A DNA stretch of 64,000 nucleotides from Phallusia mammillata (taxonomy: Eukaryota): NCBI GenBank assembly GCA_965637545.1, contig OZ281498.1, forward strand, positions 27,528,001 through 27,592,000, written 5' to 3'. Below are positions 1-12,198 of this stretch, piece after piece. The notes under the pieces were generated by a model. The model was not told the origin of the DNA and made no database searches. It worked only from the letters and a program-made list of their open reading frames with translations. Position numbers and translations under genes: made by a program. Position 1 is the stretch's first letter. Each line of letters starts with the position of its first letter.

Positions 1-149
1 TAACAAACGATTTTTAGATTTTTATGCGCCTTGTAAAACTAGGTAAAGTTAATCTTACATGTTGTTGCGGAAAATATTGTATTAAATTAACTTTCAACGG
101 TTGATTTCAACCCACGGGCCCGAGTTTGGTGACTTCTGACTCACATAAT

Positions 150-211
150 TTTCCTCCAAAAACATTAAATTTCCCACTAGTGGGAAATTTCCCACCGGTT
201 AAGAACCACTG
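150..211. mobile_element. End of a hAT-type MITE (TIR AAGAACCACTG) with a 24-bp perfect palindrome at 167-190
   Basis: AAATTTCCCACTAGTGGGAAATTT followed by CCCACCGGTTAAGAACCACTG; related to the mini element at 51728. Left boundary not defined. Confidence 0.55.
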
Positions 212-445
212 GTATAGTGTATAACAAAGCGTGTCTACTTGGGCCACTAGTTTACCCATTAAACAGATTTGATTTTAAATTTTGTTACCTTGATCAATGG
301 AAAATGCTGGCCAAAATATTCTTCAAACATTTCGGTAAATATTCATGCCATCATCAGTGATATGAATTTGTAACAGTTTACAAATAGTTGTTATGGGGAG
401 AAAGATTTAAACAAAATTTTTTTTTTTTAATTTATGTTTTGTTAC

Positions 446-3400
446 CTCGGTTTTCCCCACATCAACATGTGCATGAATTCATCCCCAATCGTGGCAGACA
501 AGTTTTTGTTTATTAAATAGTTTGTCAGTTTTGATTCCATCTCCTGTGTAACAAACAAATGATTAAAACCAAAGCGAACTCCAAACTGAAGAGTTAAAAC
601 AAGCAACATTTTTGGAGGCTGAAAAAATCGAATTCCCCATTTTTTCAGCTTTCGGATTAAATTAGGTTGATTCTAACGTCATGGAAACAAAAAAATCTAA
701 TTTAAAAAAAAATCAAAAATCAAAATCCAGTTATGGAAATTATTTCATAAAACTGATCAGTTTGCAAAATTTGAGTAACCCACCTGAATAACAGACTCGC
801 ACGACTCCTTCATACAGTCGAGGACATTGTCCATGTATGACAGCGTGGACACTAGATGGCAGGCTTTCTGGGAAACTTCATTGCACAACAAAATGTCCTC
901 GAAAATTCGACTTAAATCAAACTAAAATAAAAGTTGGATTACAAACTGTTGGTATAAACAGCTATACAGACTGTCAACTAGAAGAGTGGCTTTCTGATAT
1001 ACTTCCATTTTATATATTCTATACGATATTTACCAATTTACTATACACATCATTTGATCTACACATATGATTGTTTTTGTAAACAAAAACAAATGGGTCC
1101 CCACACGCGCGTTTGTGCAGATTTACAGTAAACAAATGTTGCGGTGATTTTTAGATTCTTAAGGACAAATTTTTAGAAAGCATTAACCCAACAAAAAAAA
1201 TTGTTCGTATTCTTTTTGCACTCTTATTGTCATATAATTACAAAAACATTAAAAAACGTAACAAATACTTTAATCTAATCTCTTGCTTTGACCCAGATAT
1301 TGTCGTCCAAGGTCGGATTTTCAACACATTTTTTTTAGAAAGCTGTAACAGTTGTGTTACAGACACTTTAAATTAAAAAGCAATTTGCTACAAGTGTGTA
1401 CATAACAAATTGTTTTTCATTTAACTTTGTTTCGCAAAACGAGTACCATTGACCTGTAGTAACCTCTCAGTGTGCACACGCCAAACGACTGTTTGACTTT
1501 TGACACCGTTTTCAATAGCACGCCATCCTTGGTGTTCAACAATACTGTTAAGCCTAATTTATACATGAGTATTGACTCCTAAATTGATTGTCAAAAAAAC
1601 GCTACGTTATGACGAAAGAAAGGTCTGAACTATGTTTGTAATACCTACTAGTTGACCTTAAGTAACCCGTGATCATGCGGCGGCCAACCTGACAACGAGC
1701 ATTTAAAAAAACATTTATTTGGCAAAAAAGTCAAGTTAACTTTTTCATCTTTACTTCGATTAACAAAGTTTTGCTTGACATATACAAAACCGAAGCACGG
1801 TTATTAGGTTTAAATCACGTCATAGGTGTAAAACCTTCGCCAAAACTAAAAACGTGAGTGATAACTTAATAAAATGACATAGCATTGCTGTGCACAACAG
1901 CTGATTTCTAATCACTGAAACGACGTCTCGTAAAACGTCTGTCCGACGTCAAGCTGAGCCCTCCCGCTATCGTAAACCAGTGAGTTACTTTCTTGGTACT
2001 TCTGCCTACAGTGTCTTTCTTGACCAAACGAGCGTTAGACACATTTACGTTTCGGGGGCCTGTGGGTGAACCGCTGGGTCATTCGGGGTCAAACTTCTAG
2101 AGAATCAAGTTCAGATTGATAACTAAGATATGTCCAAATTTGAATAAATTTGAAGCACTTTTTCTTTACCAAACCAGCATTACAAACCAGCGTTAAAAAA
2201 TATACGTTTAGGGGGCCTGTGGGTGAACCGCTGGGTCAATCGGGGTCAAACTTCAGGTGGACCAAGTTTGGATTAATATCTAACATGTGTCCAAATTTCA
2301 ATAAATTTGAAGCACTTTTTCTTGACCAAACCAGCGTTACAAACCAGCGTTAAAAATTTTACGTTTCGGGGGCCTGTGGGTGAACCGCTGGGTAATTTGG
2401 GGTCAAACTTCAGGTGGACCAAGTTTGGATTAATATCTAACATATGTCCAAATTTCAATAAATTTCAAGCACTTTTTCTTGACCAAACGGGTCTCACAAG
2501 CCAGCGTTAGACAGAAAAAAGAAAAAAAGAAAAAAAAAATACGGACAAAAACAATATGTGTCCCCTTCAGGGAAGGGGACCCATAATAAGAACTGTTACT
2601 CAATAAAGTGTAAAAATTACCAACTAATGCTGTTACCACATATTTCCTACAACTTACTGCAATTATTTCACAAGTTTTCTGATGACTTTTATCTGATTGT
2701 ACAGTTGTAATAAGATGATAAAAGTCTGGTGTTACACATAAATCCAATATTGATGTCTCTGGTTGTTTCTACATAAAAACACTGCATAAGTAGGGGTTAT
2801 CAACTGTCTTTCAATATGTTGCTTACCAATATTGTAGCAACGTTGACTGAAAATATCGGAAATATTCCGTACGCAAAACCAAGTATGTTACTGTGATCAT
2901 CGCATGACATTAGCAAATTAAACCTGTGAAAAGAATAGTAATTGATTCAACCACTTATTTGATGAAAAATATAGCAACAACTTCGCAAACAATAACCAAG
3001 GTGGAGGACGTAATTGGTGCATTAAGACCCATGGAGTTTACTTACATCTTAAATGCATTGAGTCAAATATGAATTTTAACAATATTTTTGGATACGAAAC
3101 TGAAGATGCCAATTAGGCAAAACATACATATTCCACGATATCCATCGACTGAGTGGAAAATGTTTTCCATTCTTGTTTAATCACTAAAATGATGATCGTC
3201 TGTGACCATGCTGCCTGTTAAAAGGTCCGATACTATTCTGTTTTCTCAGTATCTTAACAATGATAGGCTTAGATGCAGTGCACCCATGCAAAGAAAGAAA
3301 GTAACATTTGACTAGTATCTCTTGTATTACCTCAAGTCTGCCATGATGAGTTTTGCATCGATGATTTTTACATCTTTGGAAGCCAATTGTGGAAGTTGAG

Positions 3401-4604
3401 CCAAGTAGTCTTTAAATGTAAGAGATGCCATTCGTCTTTCAAACTCCAAATCTGAAACAAGTATATATTGTATATTCAACAAGTGTACATAGTTTTATTT
3501 CAAACAACCAAGACTGGTACTGTTTAATATAGTTCCAAAACACAGTAAACATTTAAATTCTTACCATTCATTTCTTGGCTTTCAAACCATTGAATAGAAT
3601 GCTGCGAACTTTTCAACGAGAACTGTTCAGAGTTAATCGTCCAAAACACCTGAGCTTTTTCCATTCCAACAAATGCAATTCCATTCTCTTTTGTGTTGTA
3701 AGCAACAGCTATCACTGAACAATAATAACACTTGCTAAGCAAAAAGTAATTTAGGGTTAGCCAACACACAAACTTTGCTAACAATGTCAGTAGATAAAAA
3801 ATGGCAAACCGTTTTTTTTATTCATATATTTGGAACAGGTCACACAATTTATTCACTATTGCAGACTGCATTGCAGGTTAAAAAACTCAGTTTATTCTCT
3901 GAATCTAAACAAAGGTTTTTTATCTGATAGATATATTTTTGACTGAAAAGCCAGTTTTATCTGAGAAGCCAAATATTTAGAAAAAAACACATCCAGCCAC
4001 CAGTACAGAATTATCCAGCTATTTGATTAATCTTTTTTATTGCATAAAGATTGTGAATCCCAACCATAGTCAGTTGTTACAGAAATTGTCCAGATTGTCA
4101 CTGAAACCATTTAATTGCATAAAAAAGCATGACGAATTGATTATGCAGCTTAAATGTTCCTCTCTATACATATGTAATTTAATAAACATGTGTGTGCCCC
4201 TATAGGCTACATGCTCAGCACCCACTACTCTACAGCATCAACTAACTGAACGTTAAAAAAGTTTGGCATGCATGCAAGAGATCATACTTTATGTTTGTTC
4301 ATTATTATGTTCTTATTTGCACTTAAGTAAACACTGTGGCAGAAATTACGTTTGGTTGGAAGCAAAAAATACCACCATACACACCTCCGCCATCTGGTCT
4401 CCAGCAAATATCATTTATCAAAGCATCCTTTCCAGGAGCAGGTAGACTCCAAACTTTCTCAATCGATGACAAACGATGCAGCACTACCTCTCCTGTGCTT
4501 GTTGCCATGGCAATAAGGTCCCGTTTTGGTGACCACGACATCAACTGGACTTCACATTTCAGGTTGCGCTCACCCACCAACAGAAACGAACACTCCTCTG
4601 ACAT
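446..4604 (-). CDS. ANAPC4: Anaphase-promoting complex subunit 4, N-terminal part (continues beyond left edge)
   Basis: Phase-consistent GT-AG exons: 4604-4385, 3714-3565, 3451-3331, 2923-2827, 2768-2658, 921-784, 543-446. Peptides WSPKRDLIAMA..WRPDG, FAYGIF, DEFMHMLMWGK match APC4 as recalled. Next exon not identified. Confidence 0.92.
2016..2510. repeat. Tandem array, about 3.2 units of about 157 bp, in ANAPC4 intron 5
   Basis: TTTCTT(G/T)ACCAAAC unit starts at 2016, 2161, 2318, 2475. The near-identical ORFs at 2150 and 2307 are by-products of the repeat. Confidence 0.95.
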
Positions 4605-5782
4605 TTTTACTTAACATACACAGCGCTGCCCTAAATAAAATTAATAAACAAAAGTAAAGGATGTTTTGTTAGTTTTTCCAAATCCACAATACAAATACAC
4701 GTCAATATTCATTTATACCAGGTTGAAATAATTCTAAGATGCATTTCAAACAACATAGATTGCCTGGAGTTTATAAATCAACACAATTTTACGGACTTAT
4801 AGCTGCATGCCTCTTGTGACAGTCTGCAGAGTAAGGAAGCTGCACAGGCGAGGTTTTTGTCAAAAAAAACTTTTTACACACCCTGTTTATATCACTTGCA
4901 TTTAACCGGGATAATCAGCCTTGAGGTTATATACAATACAGGCGCATGACATAGTGGTCCTGCTGTCAGTGAAATACATTTAGCACCAGATAATAGGCAC
5001 AGCAGCAGCACAGTCCATCCTACAAATATGCAACAACTTGCAGAACTTTTAAGATGTAAATTACTTCGGGGCCTTCCCACATCTTTATTTCACTCGGACA
5101 ATATACTGTATTAATATTTGTAAAAGTCAACAACTGTAAAAACTGTCAAAACGCGAAATCATTTCCAATCAGTTTAATTTGTATCATCCACAATCCACAT
5201 GATAATACTCATTCCATTGCGTGATTAAGGCACCGTCTACTTGCCCACTTTGTTTTTGTTTACTTTTGCAAGTCGCAAAAATAATAAACTACTGGATCAT
5301 AAATCACGTGGTCAAATTGTCTTATTTTCTTCCACCAATTGGGACTTTCCTTTTTCGCGGGCTATTTTCACATAAAGATCATTTAACAATGATTTGCAAA
5401 ATTACGTAAAAATCAAATACAGACTATTTGCAGGTAATAAGAAAGTTTTTTTAGTTTATTATTCATGAGAAAATTGTTCTTTAGGCACGATATTGAAACA
5501 ATACACCGATGTTTTTTGAACCAGATGTCAGCTTGTTTATACACATCCTGAAATATGATTTAATATAGACTACTAGCCAGTACTTACTGAAAATGACAAT
5601 GTTGTTACTTTGAACTGCGCTGCAGATACAGAGAAGTTATTCACTCTGATAAACACGACATGAACATGAAGAAACAACGTCCACACAATAAAATTCATTT
5701 TCTAACAAAGGTAGTTAATGTTGATGGGTCGTTTCAATTCCATATAATAACAGCAGTTTGTGAGTTGAGTCCTTCTGTTGTT

Positions 5783-8700
5783 TCAAGCATAATATCCCAT
5801 TAGAAACGTCACAGCCATTGCCAGTGTAATAGCCAGGGCATTAAGGAGGAAATTTTCGGAAAATAATTCCTTCTTTCTTCCGGGTTTTTCTGATGCTCTG
5901 CTGCTTCGGTTGCTCTGAGATTCTACACAATGTATTTCGTAATTTACTGCCCAATTGCAAGTATTTAACATAGATTTAATTTAATAACTAAACGTTTATG
6001 GGTTATAGTATTAGGGTGTTATTTTTTCAGGGAATGTATTGGAGATCAAGTTGCCAAATTTTGAACTAAAAATATTGATGCAAACGAGCTCGGGGTGATA
6101 GAAAATTTTAAACTCACCAAAATCTTCATCCAAATCTCTGTTTTCTTTTTCCGGTTTCAGATTTTTTGTTTCTTTTTCATCGCCTGTCCCCGAACCGTCG
6201 TTTCCGATTTCTGTTTCTGCTTTTTCTTGTGCCTGTTTTGTCTCATTCTCATTTTTATCCCCGCTTTCATCATCTTTCACAAGTTTCTCTGCAATGTAGC
6301 AAAAACGTAATAACTTAGTTGAGATCGTTATCTCCTTTGCAAGAGGTTGCTTAACGAGCTTTGTGTAGACAAATGTGGACGACGAATTGGGTCACGTGTT
6401 GTTGCTATTAATGTGTTACCAGCTATTCTTGAGATGTACACAAGGTTCTAAATTCAATTAAGTGTCCACATACGTTCACTGCCTTAAGACATCGACTATT
6501 CAGACGTTATACTATCAATAAAATGCTGGAAATCAACCACGGACCAGCTTCGGGCGTTCATGCATTACTCGTTTTTCACAATCTAATTTAGCGCCAACCT
6601 TTAGTTGTTTCTCCCACTTCCTCAACCTCGTAAATTTCCAACCGCTTGGTGGGGCTCGTCGGTCTGGGGCTTTCCAATTCTGTGACGTCATCTTTTGTAA
6701 ACCAGGTGGTTCCCCTTAACTGCAACAGTTTGTTTAAAAAACTTTTCTTCAGTAGATTCCAGTGAATGAAAGCAATTACCTGCTTTTCCGGCAGAGGTTT
6801 TGTGGCGTAACTGACAGAGATTGTGACGACACAAGAGACAGTGAATACAATCGGAGCCACGTGCAAATAATTTACCCTGAAAACAGTTTACCGTGAAGGT
6901 TATTTCACCACACAGTGTGAAAATAGCTTCTCACTTGTGAACGATCCAAGGTCTTGACTCCACCTCGTCACAAGCTGGTCCGGAAAAATAAAAATCCAGG
7001 ATTAATCGGATGACTCCGCCCGTAAATCCACTTATAAGACCCCAGAACGCTCCCTGCAACACGAACGTAAACTTCCAATGTTTACTGATAACCATTTCAC
7101 ACATTATCACCTTTTCATTAATACGGGGCCACAGAATTCCGAACAAGTAAAGAGCAAAGATGGGAGGACCTAGCGCTGATTGGATTGATTGCAAATAGAG
7201 GAAGAGCTGTCCTCCGGCGGATGATAGGATCACCGGGATCCAGAGGATGCTGATCACCACCAGGACACAAACAGTCAATCTGCGCGCAGGGAACAAATGG
7301 ATGTTGCATAAGTAAAGATAACGTCATGTACTGTTACGTCATCATAAAACTCCAACATAAAAGCCTGCCTACAAACGTTTTAAAACAGGGCTGGGCAACC
7401 TTTACTGTAGGGCCAATTATAAATGTCAAAATTGGCTCGCGGGCCGCACATGTGCATAACACAAAGTGATTTTGCTTTGTTTCTTACCAAATATGCTTAA
7501 CTGCAAGCAAAATTCGTATTTGATTCTAGCCACATTTTGCCACATCGCAGAAAACTAGCACCAGGCGCATTAATCAGTTTAAAAATATGTAATAATTGGA
7601 CTCGTTTGCCAGTACTTTTGAAATCCAAACGTCTCTGCGGGCCGCACAAGCTTTAATGAAGGGCCGCATGAGGCCTGCGGGCCGCAGGTTGCCCACCCCT
7701 GCTTTAAAACGTCCACAACAAAAGTCCTTTAATTTGAATTTCCCGCGCAAATTTATCCTCCTTACTTCCCAACGATCAACATCTCTCTCTCGGACGCCTC
7801 CTTGCGGATTCTCTTCCACACGTCGATGGTGAAAATTGTGCTGGTGCTGTTGAATATCGATGTGAGGGAACTCATCAGAGCAGACAACATCGCCGCAACC
7901 ATCACTCCGCGCAAACCTGCGGTGAAACGTCACTGTGCGTCATCATAAGTGCGATGACGTCATATAGACGTGTGTTACCTGTGGGTAGGATTTCTATGAC
8001 GAGTTTGGGGTAGGCGATGTTAGAACAACCCTGTGCGTTGCCACAGACGCGCTCACATTCGCCTGATGTTGCGCAGGCCACCTCATCCGGAAAAAATACT
8101 CGGCTAATCATGCCTGAAAAATATGGAGCAGTTCTTTAATCCAAAAATTAGTCAACAAAATCTGGTCTTGAAGGGTGTATTACACTTGTGGGTGAGGTCA
8201 GCCTGTGTAGATCACAGTTTAACTCAATGACTGTTGGCATATGTATGATTACTTCTGGAGGAACAGACCTCAGCTGTGCTAAGCATTATTGTTACTTGTC
8301 ATATTTAAGCGAGAAAGTCGTAACATAACGAGAAACATTACAGGAAAATATGGAGTAGTTCTTCAGTCTGAAAATATGACAACAAACTTGAAGAGATGGG
8401 GTGTATTAAACCCTTGTGGATGAAGTCAGTCTCTGTAATTCACAGTAAAAATCACAACGTGACTGTTGACTTTTTTTGTCTACTTAACGAAGGACAGATC
8501 CTAGCTGTGCTAAGCAAGGTTGTTACTGTTCATATTTTCAGCGAGAAAGCCGTACCAAAACGAGAAAAAATACAGATGATTTCGTAAAGTGGTGGAAGCC
8601 CGTGAAGAAAGCAAAATCAAATCTGTATATTTGTCACAAAAACACCAAAGAAAAAAATGAAAAAAATGCTAAACAACAACTGGTCATATTTGATTTACAA

Positions 8701-11700
8701 TTCCTACCCGTCATAACAATCATGTACATTGGGATAATCTTGAGCGCTCCAGCAACGATACAACCTGCTTTGGCGTGTTGAGGAGACTTTGCAGCAATCG
8801 CACGCTGCACAATCACCTGTTCAACGTAACAATGTGTTCATTCATACGTAACAACCACCATTGAATCCCACTCCCACCTGATCCGTGCACCAATACCACG
8901 ACCCAAGGAAGTAGATTCCGAGGATCATTCCGGGCCACGGGAGGTCTGAGGTTACTGGGTCACGGAAGATGTGGAACGAATCCGCCCTCGGAATTCCGCA
9001 AGAGGTGCTATTTCCCGATCGTATGATATCTATGGAGGTTTGCGGTATGGCTTGCATGTATTTAATCTTCAGGTTTTCGTAACCTCCGATTCTTATAAAA
9101 CCTGTAAGAGGATGGAATACAGTGGTGGGATTCAGCAGGTTCGCACCGGTTTCAAAGAACCGTGTCACGAAATTTTATGAGACCAGCGAACCGGTTAGCA
9201 TTACTGGTTACTGTCAATGGACTTTTTGTAACAAAACCGGCGGAAAAATATTACGCTTGTGACAAAACCGCCTGACAAAAAATTTGAAACCCACCATTGA
9301 ATGTAAGTCAATTCAAAAAATGCAAATGGTTTTCTACAAAAGAAATTTGTGTTTAGTGGGAACCTTTGAGAGGTCCCTACTTTAAGCGACGATCAGAAGA
9401 ACTGCACGAGATCAGTCATGCAGATTTTTGTTGTATAAGTGAAAATTAACACGTTTTCGGAAAATATTTTGGTCCCTTGTTGTTTACGTGAAGAACCAGC
9501 AAAAAGGCAGCATTAGTGCCGTTAACAATCGTCTTTTATGCAAATTTGAATTATGGCGGTTTGGCTTTAATATTATTGCCCAGAGCTTTCAAACCCCGAG
9601 TCTTAAACCAGCATATTTAATACCGTTTTATTATTTAGCGTTCTCATTGAGATGTTTTAAACCAACAATGCTGGGAGTTTAGATTGTTATAAAGTTGTAG
9701 TTCAACTTCTTACTCATGATCATAAGCAACATTCCTCCTAGCAGCATGACAACAGTCTGCATCGTATCTGTGTAAATCACCGCCTTCAATCCTCCAAGTA
9801 TTGTGTAAATTGCCGTCACAACAAGGAGAGATACTGGAAGTAAAATAATTTTGATCAGCGAACTATAATAGTTGAACTATTCACAAACAGAATAACCACT
9901 TATTGTTTGAGTAAGGCTGGTGTATCCACCTTTTCTAGCTTTCTAGTAGCCTATCAGGATGTTTTTATTGATGAAAATTGGTGTGTTTTTCTTGCAAACG
10001 TTTGCACATTGTTTTCAGTGGGGTTGATATCACTTAAGCAGACTTTTAGTATTTCTAGATATGTATTTTCTTTGTATTTAACGTTTCACCATTGCGCAGC
10101 TATTTCCGGCTTGGTGATTGTTTTAGTTTATATTTGTAACGATATGTTGTCTATCACCGAGCGAGATAAAGTTAATTAAACTTCTGGTTCGGAAAGCGAC
10201 TATAAACGTTTTAAACAGACTCTATCATACCTTCACCTACCAACAATTCAACCAAAAAGTGAGATGAAAGAGTAAAAGTGAAATTACCGATAGCTAGATA
10301 CATGTTGATATTGAAGGCTTCTTGAATGAAGAGAGCCCCAGCATAAAGATCAACAGCGATCTTAGTAAGAACGTATAAAGCGAGGGAAATCACCGAAAGT
10401 GTTACTCTCAATCTGGACCCGCCGAATCTTCGGTGCAAGTATTCCGGCATAGTGTAAACCTGGAACATTCGGTCGTTTTGGTAAACAACATGCACTACGA
10501 GTTTGTACGCATTCGAGCTGCACTGTATGGTCGTTATTTTGTCTATTAATACTTGAAGTTGTTGATAAAAATCGAAACTGGCGATGCCCTACTATACAAA
10601 GCTGACATAAGCAGCATACAACGCACGCAACAGTGCCTGCATGGTTCGACTTTTATGAGGTTACTACTACGTACCGAGTATACATTTGTAGCTCGGTTGA
10701 GCCTGACAAGATGTCGTGGGTTCGAACCCCACCGCTCATTTGTTGCCCTCGCAAGTTGTAAAATGTTCTTACAAGTCCACCCACGATTTTCTACCCTAAA
10801 ATTCATCTTGAAATGAAACGATGCGCAATAAGCAGCTATTTCCGGCAAGGGGAATATTTTAGCGCAATTGTGTTACTACGATTTGTTTATCCAAGCGAAA
10901 AAAACTCAAACAAAACTGGGGTTGTACTTAAAAAAACATATAACTGCAACATGGCAACCTTGCATGCGGTGTAGATTGGCAGAAACATCCAACCCAACTG
11001 AATTATCTGATAGGGCGCGATCCATTCAAACGAGCCAATAGCAATTCCTCCCGCCGCCCCAGCTCCCGCCAACCCGATAAAATGTCCGCTCCCGATGTTT
11101 GAAGCAAATAGAGAAGCTCCTACCGGCAGCCACCACATGTGCTTGCCCGCTAGAAAGTAGCTCTTAACTGTGTTGCCAGATTTGCTGCACGATGCCTGTT
11201 AAAAAATCACGGGTTTAAACACTCTGCTTTTTAATCATAAACATAACTGCCAAAGTACTGGTGTATATAGAATACTATGATTAAATTACTTTTCAAGTCC
11301 GTGTATAGTACTCTGCTTTTTCTTTATTATTAATATCTGCTGGCACGAACCACTAATATTTAGAAAAACGTTGGCACGCGAGGTCATTAACACATGGAAA
11401 TAACAAGTAAATTGGCACGCGTCACCTAAAAAGTTGCCGATCCCTGATATAGTGTTTATGGGAAACATATATGCAGGTACCAGCTTTAATTTTAATGCTC
11501 GATAATCTTAATGCTAAAACATTTATATGCGTATAAACGAAATGACAAGTGAACCAATCAACACCTTCAGAAAATCAACACATGTTGTCACCTTTTGTTG
11601 TTTGTCGTTGAAACTTGCACGTGTATATAAGTTATGTGTGTCTTTCGAACGATATGCGAAGCCTTCACATGACTTACCTCGATTCGATTATGTGCAAAAA

Positions 11701-12198
11701 CTGAGTTCACTTAAAGATTAGGTCAAGAACAGTGGTCGGCAACGGCCGGTCCGCGAGGAGTTTGTTACCGGGCCGTATAATTTTCCAGGTTTATTGCTTT
11801 AAAACATTTTGCCCATGTATCCCGGGGATGACAAACTAATTTAGGAGTTTCATCGCTGAATTTTTGTAGTTTGTTAAAGACCGGTCCGCGATGAGATTTC
11901 ACTTTCAAAAACGATCTGCAGTTAAAAAAAGCTTGCCGACCCCTGGTCTAGAAGGTGCACGAAACTGATCAGGCTTCTTATTGGGGCAATGAAAGAAAAC
12001 ATTAACGCCACAATACTTACGTCTTCGACAACTTACCCATATTCCGACGGCAAAAGTGGCCGCCATATACGTCACTACTATTACGACATCGACAGCTCCG
12101 AAAGTTGCTTGTTCTTTCTGGACCATTGTTACATCACTGCTTGTCATAGAAGCATCGGTCGTCTCCATGACAACAGTGGTTTGCAATACCGACGCCAT
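5783..12198 (-). CDS. Sodium:solute symporter, SGLT/SMIT (SLC5A1/9/10/11-like) subfamily, about 711 aa
   Basis: 14 exons: 12198-12037, 11195-10959, 10459-10288, 9833-9714, 9101-8878, 8816-8708, 8113-7979, 7916-7766, 7279-7111, 7053-6935, 6876-6780, 6719-6599, 6273-6118, 5946-5783. Motifs [68 protein letters not shown]. Exact orthologue not assignable. Confidence 0.95.
7386..7701. mobile_element. hAT/Charlie-type MITE (CAGGG..GGGCAAC TIR family)
   Basis: TIRs CAGGGCTGGGCAACC / GGTTGCCCACCCCTG; flanks TTTTAAAA / CTTTAAAA; internal GCGGGCCGC repeats. Confidence 0.85.
8116..8570. repeat. Diverged two-copy tandem duplication (about 228 bp unit) in SLC5 intron 6
   Basis: GAAAAATATGGAGCAGTTCTT... 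at about 8116 and GGAAAATATGGAGTAGTTCTT... at about 8343, with colinear similarity (GGGTGTATTA, GTCAG, AGCTGTGCTAAGCA, GCGAGAAAG). Confidence 0.8.
9120..9299. mobile_element. hAT-type MITE, CAGTGGTGGGATTC family
   Basis: Both TIRs present (right one degenerate), shared internal GAACCGGTTAGCATTACTGGTTACTGTCAATGGACTTTTTG core; TSD not preserved. Confidence 0.88.
10688..10737 (+). mobile_element. tRNA-derived SINE head fragment
   Basis: GTAGCTCGGTTGAGC (A-box-like) and GTCGTGGGTTCGAACCCCACCGC (B box/T arm); no acceptor stem. Confidence 0.55.
11310..11446. mobile_element. Partial hAT-type MITE (TGGCACGCG subterminal repeats; end GTTGCCGATCCCTG)
   Basis: Same end structure as 45660-45840; left end not located. 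Confidence 0.5.
11730..11945. mobile_element. hAT/Charlie-type MITE
   Basis: TIRs CAGTGGTCGGCAAC / CTTGCCGACCCCTG; TSD GTCAAGAA / GTCTAGAA (Charlie-like NTCTAGAN target). Confidence 0.85.

Noticed and set aside
2016-2510. CRISPR-like array or repeated small genes
   Set aside because: Long near-identical units without unique spacers in a eukaryotic intron; the ORFs are repeat by-products.
4605-5782. SLC5-ANAPC4 operon
   Set aside because: A minus-strand AATAAA near 5455 and CCAAT/E2F-like motifs at 5150-5360 suggest independent termination and a separate promoter.
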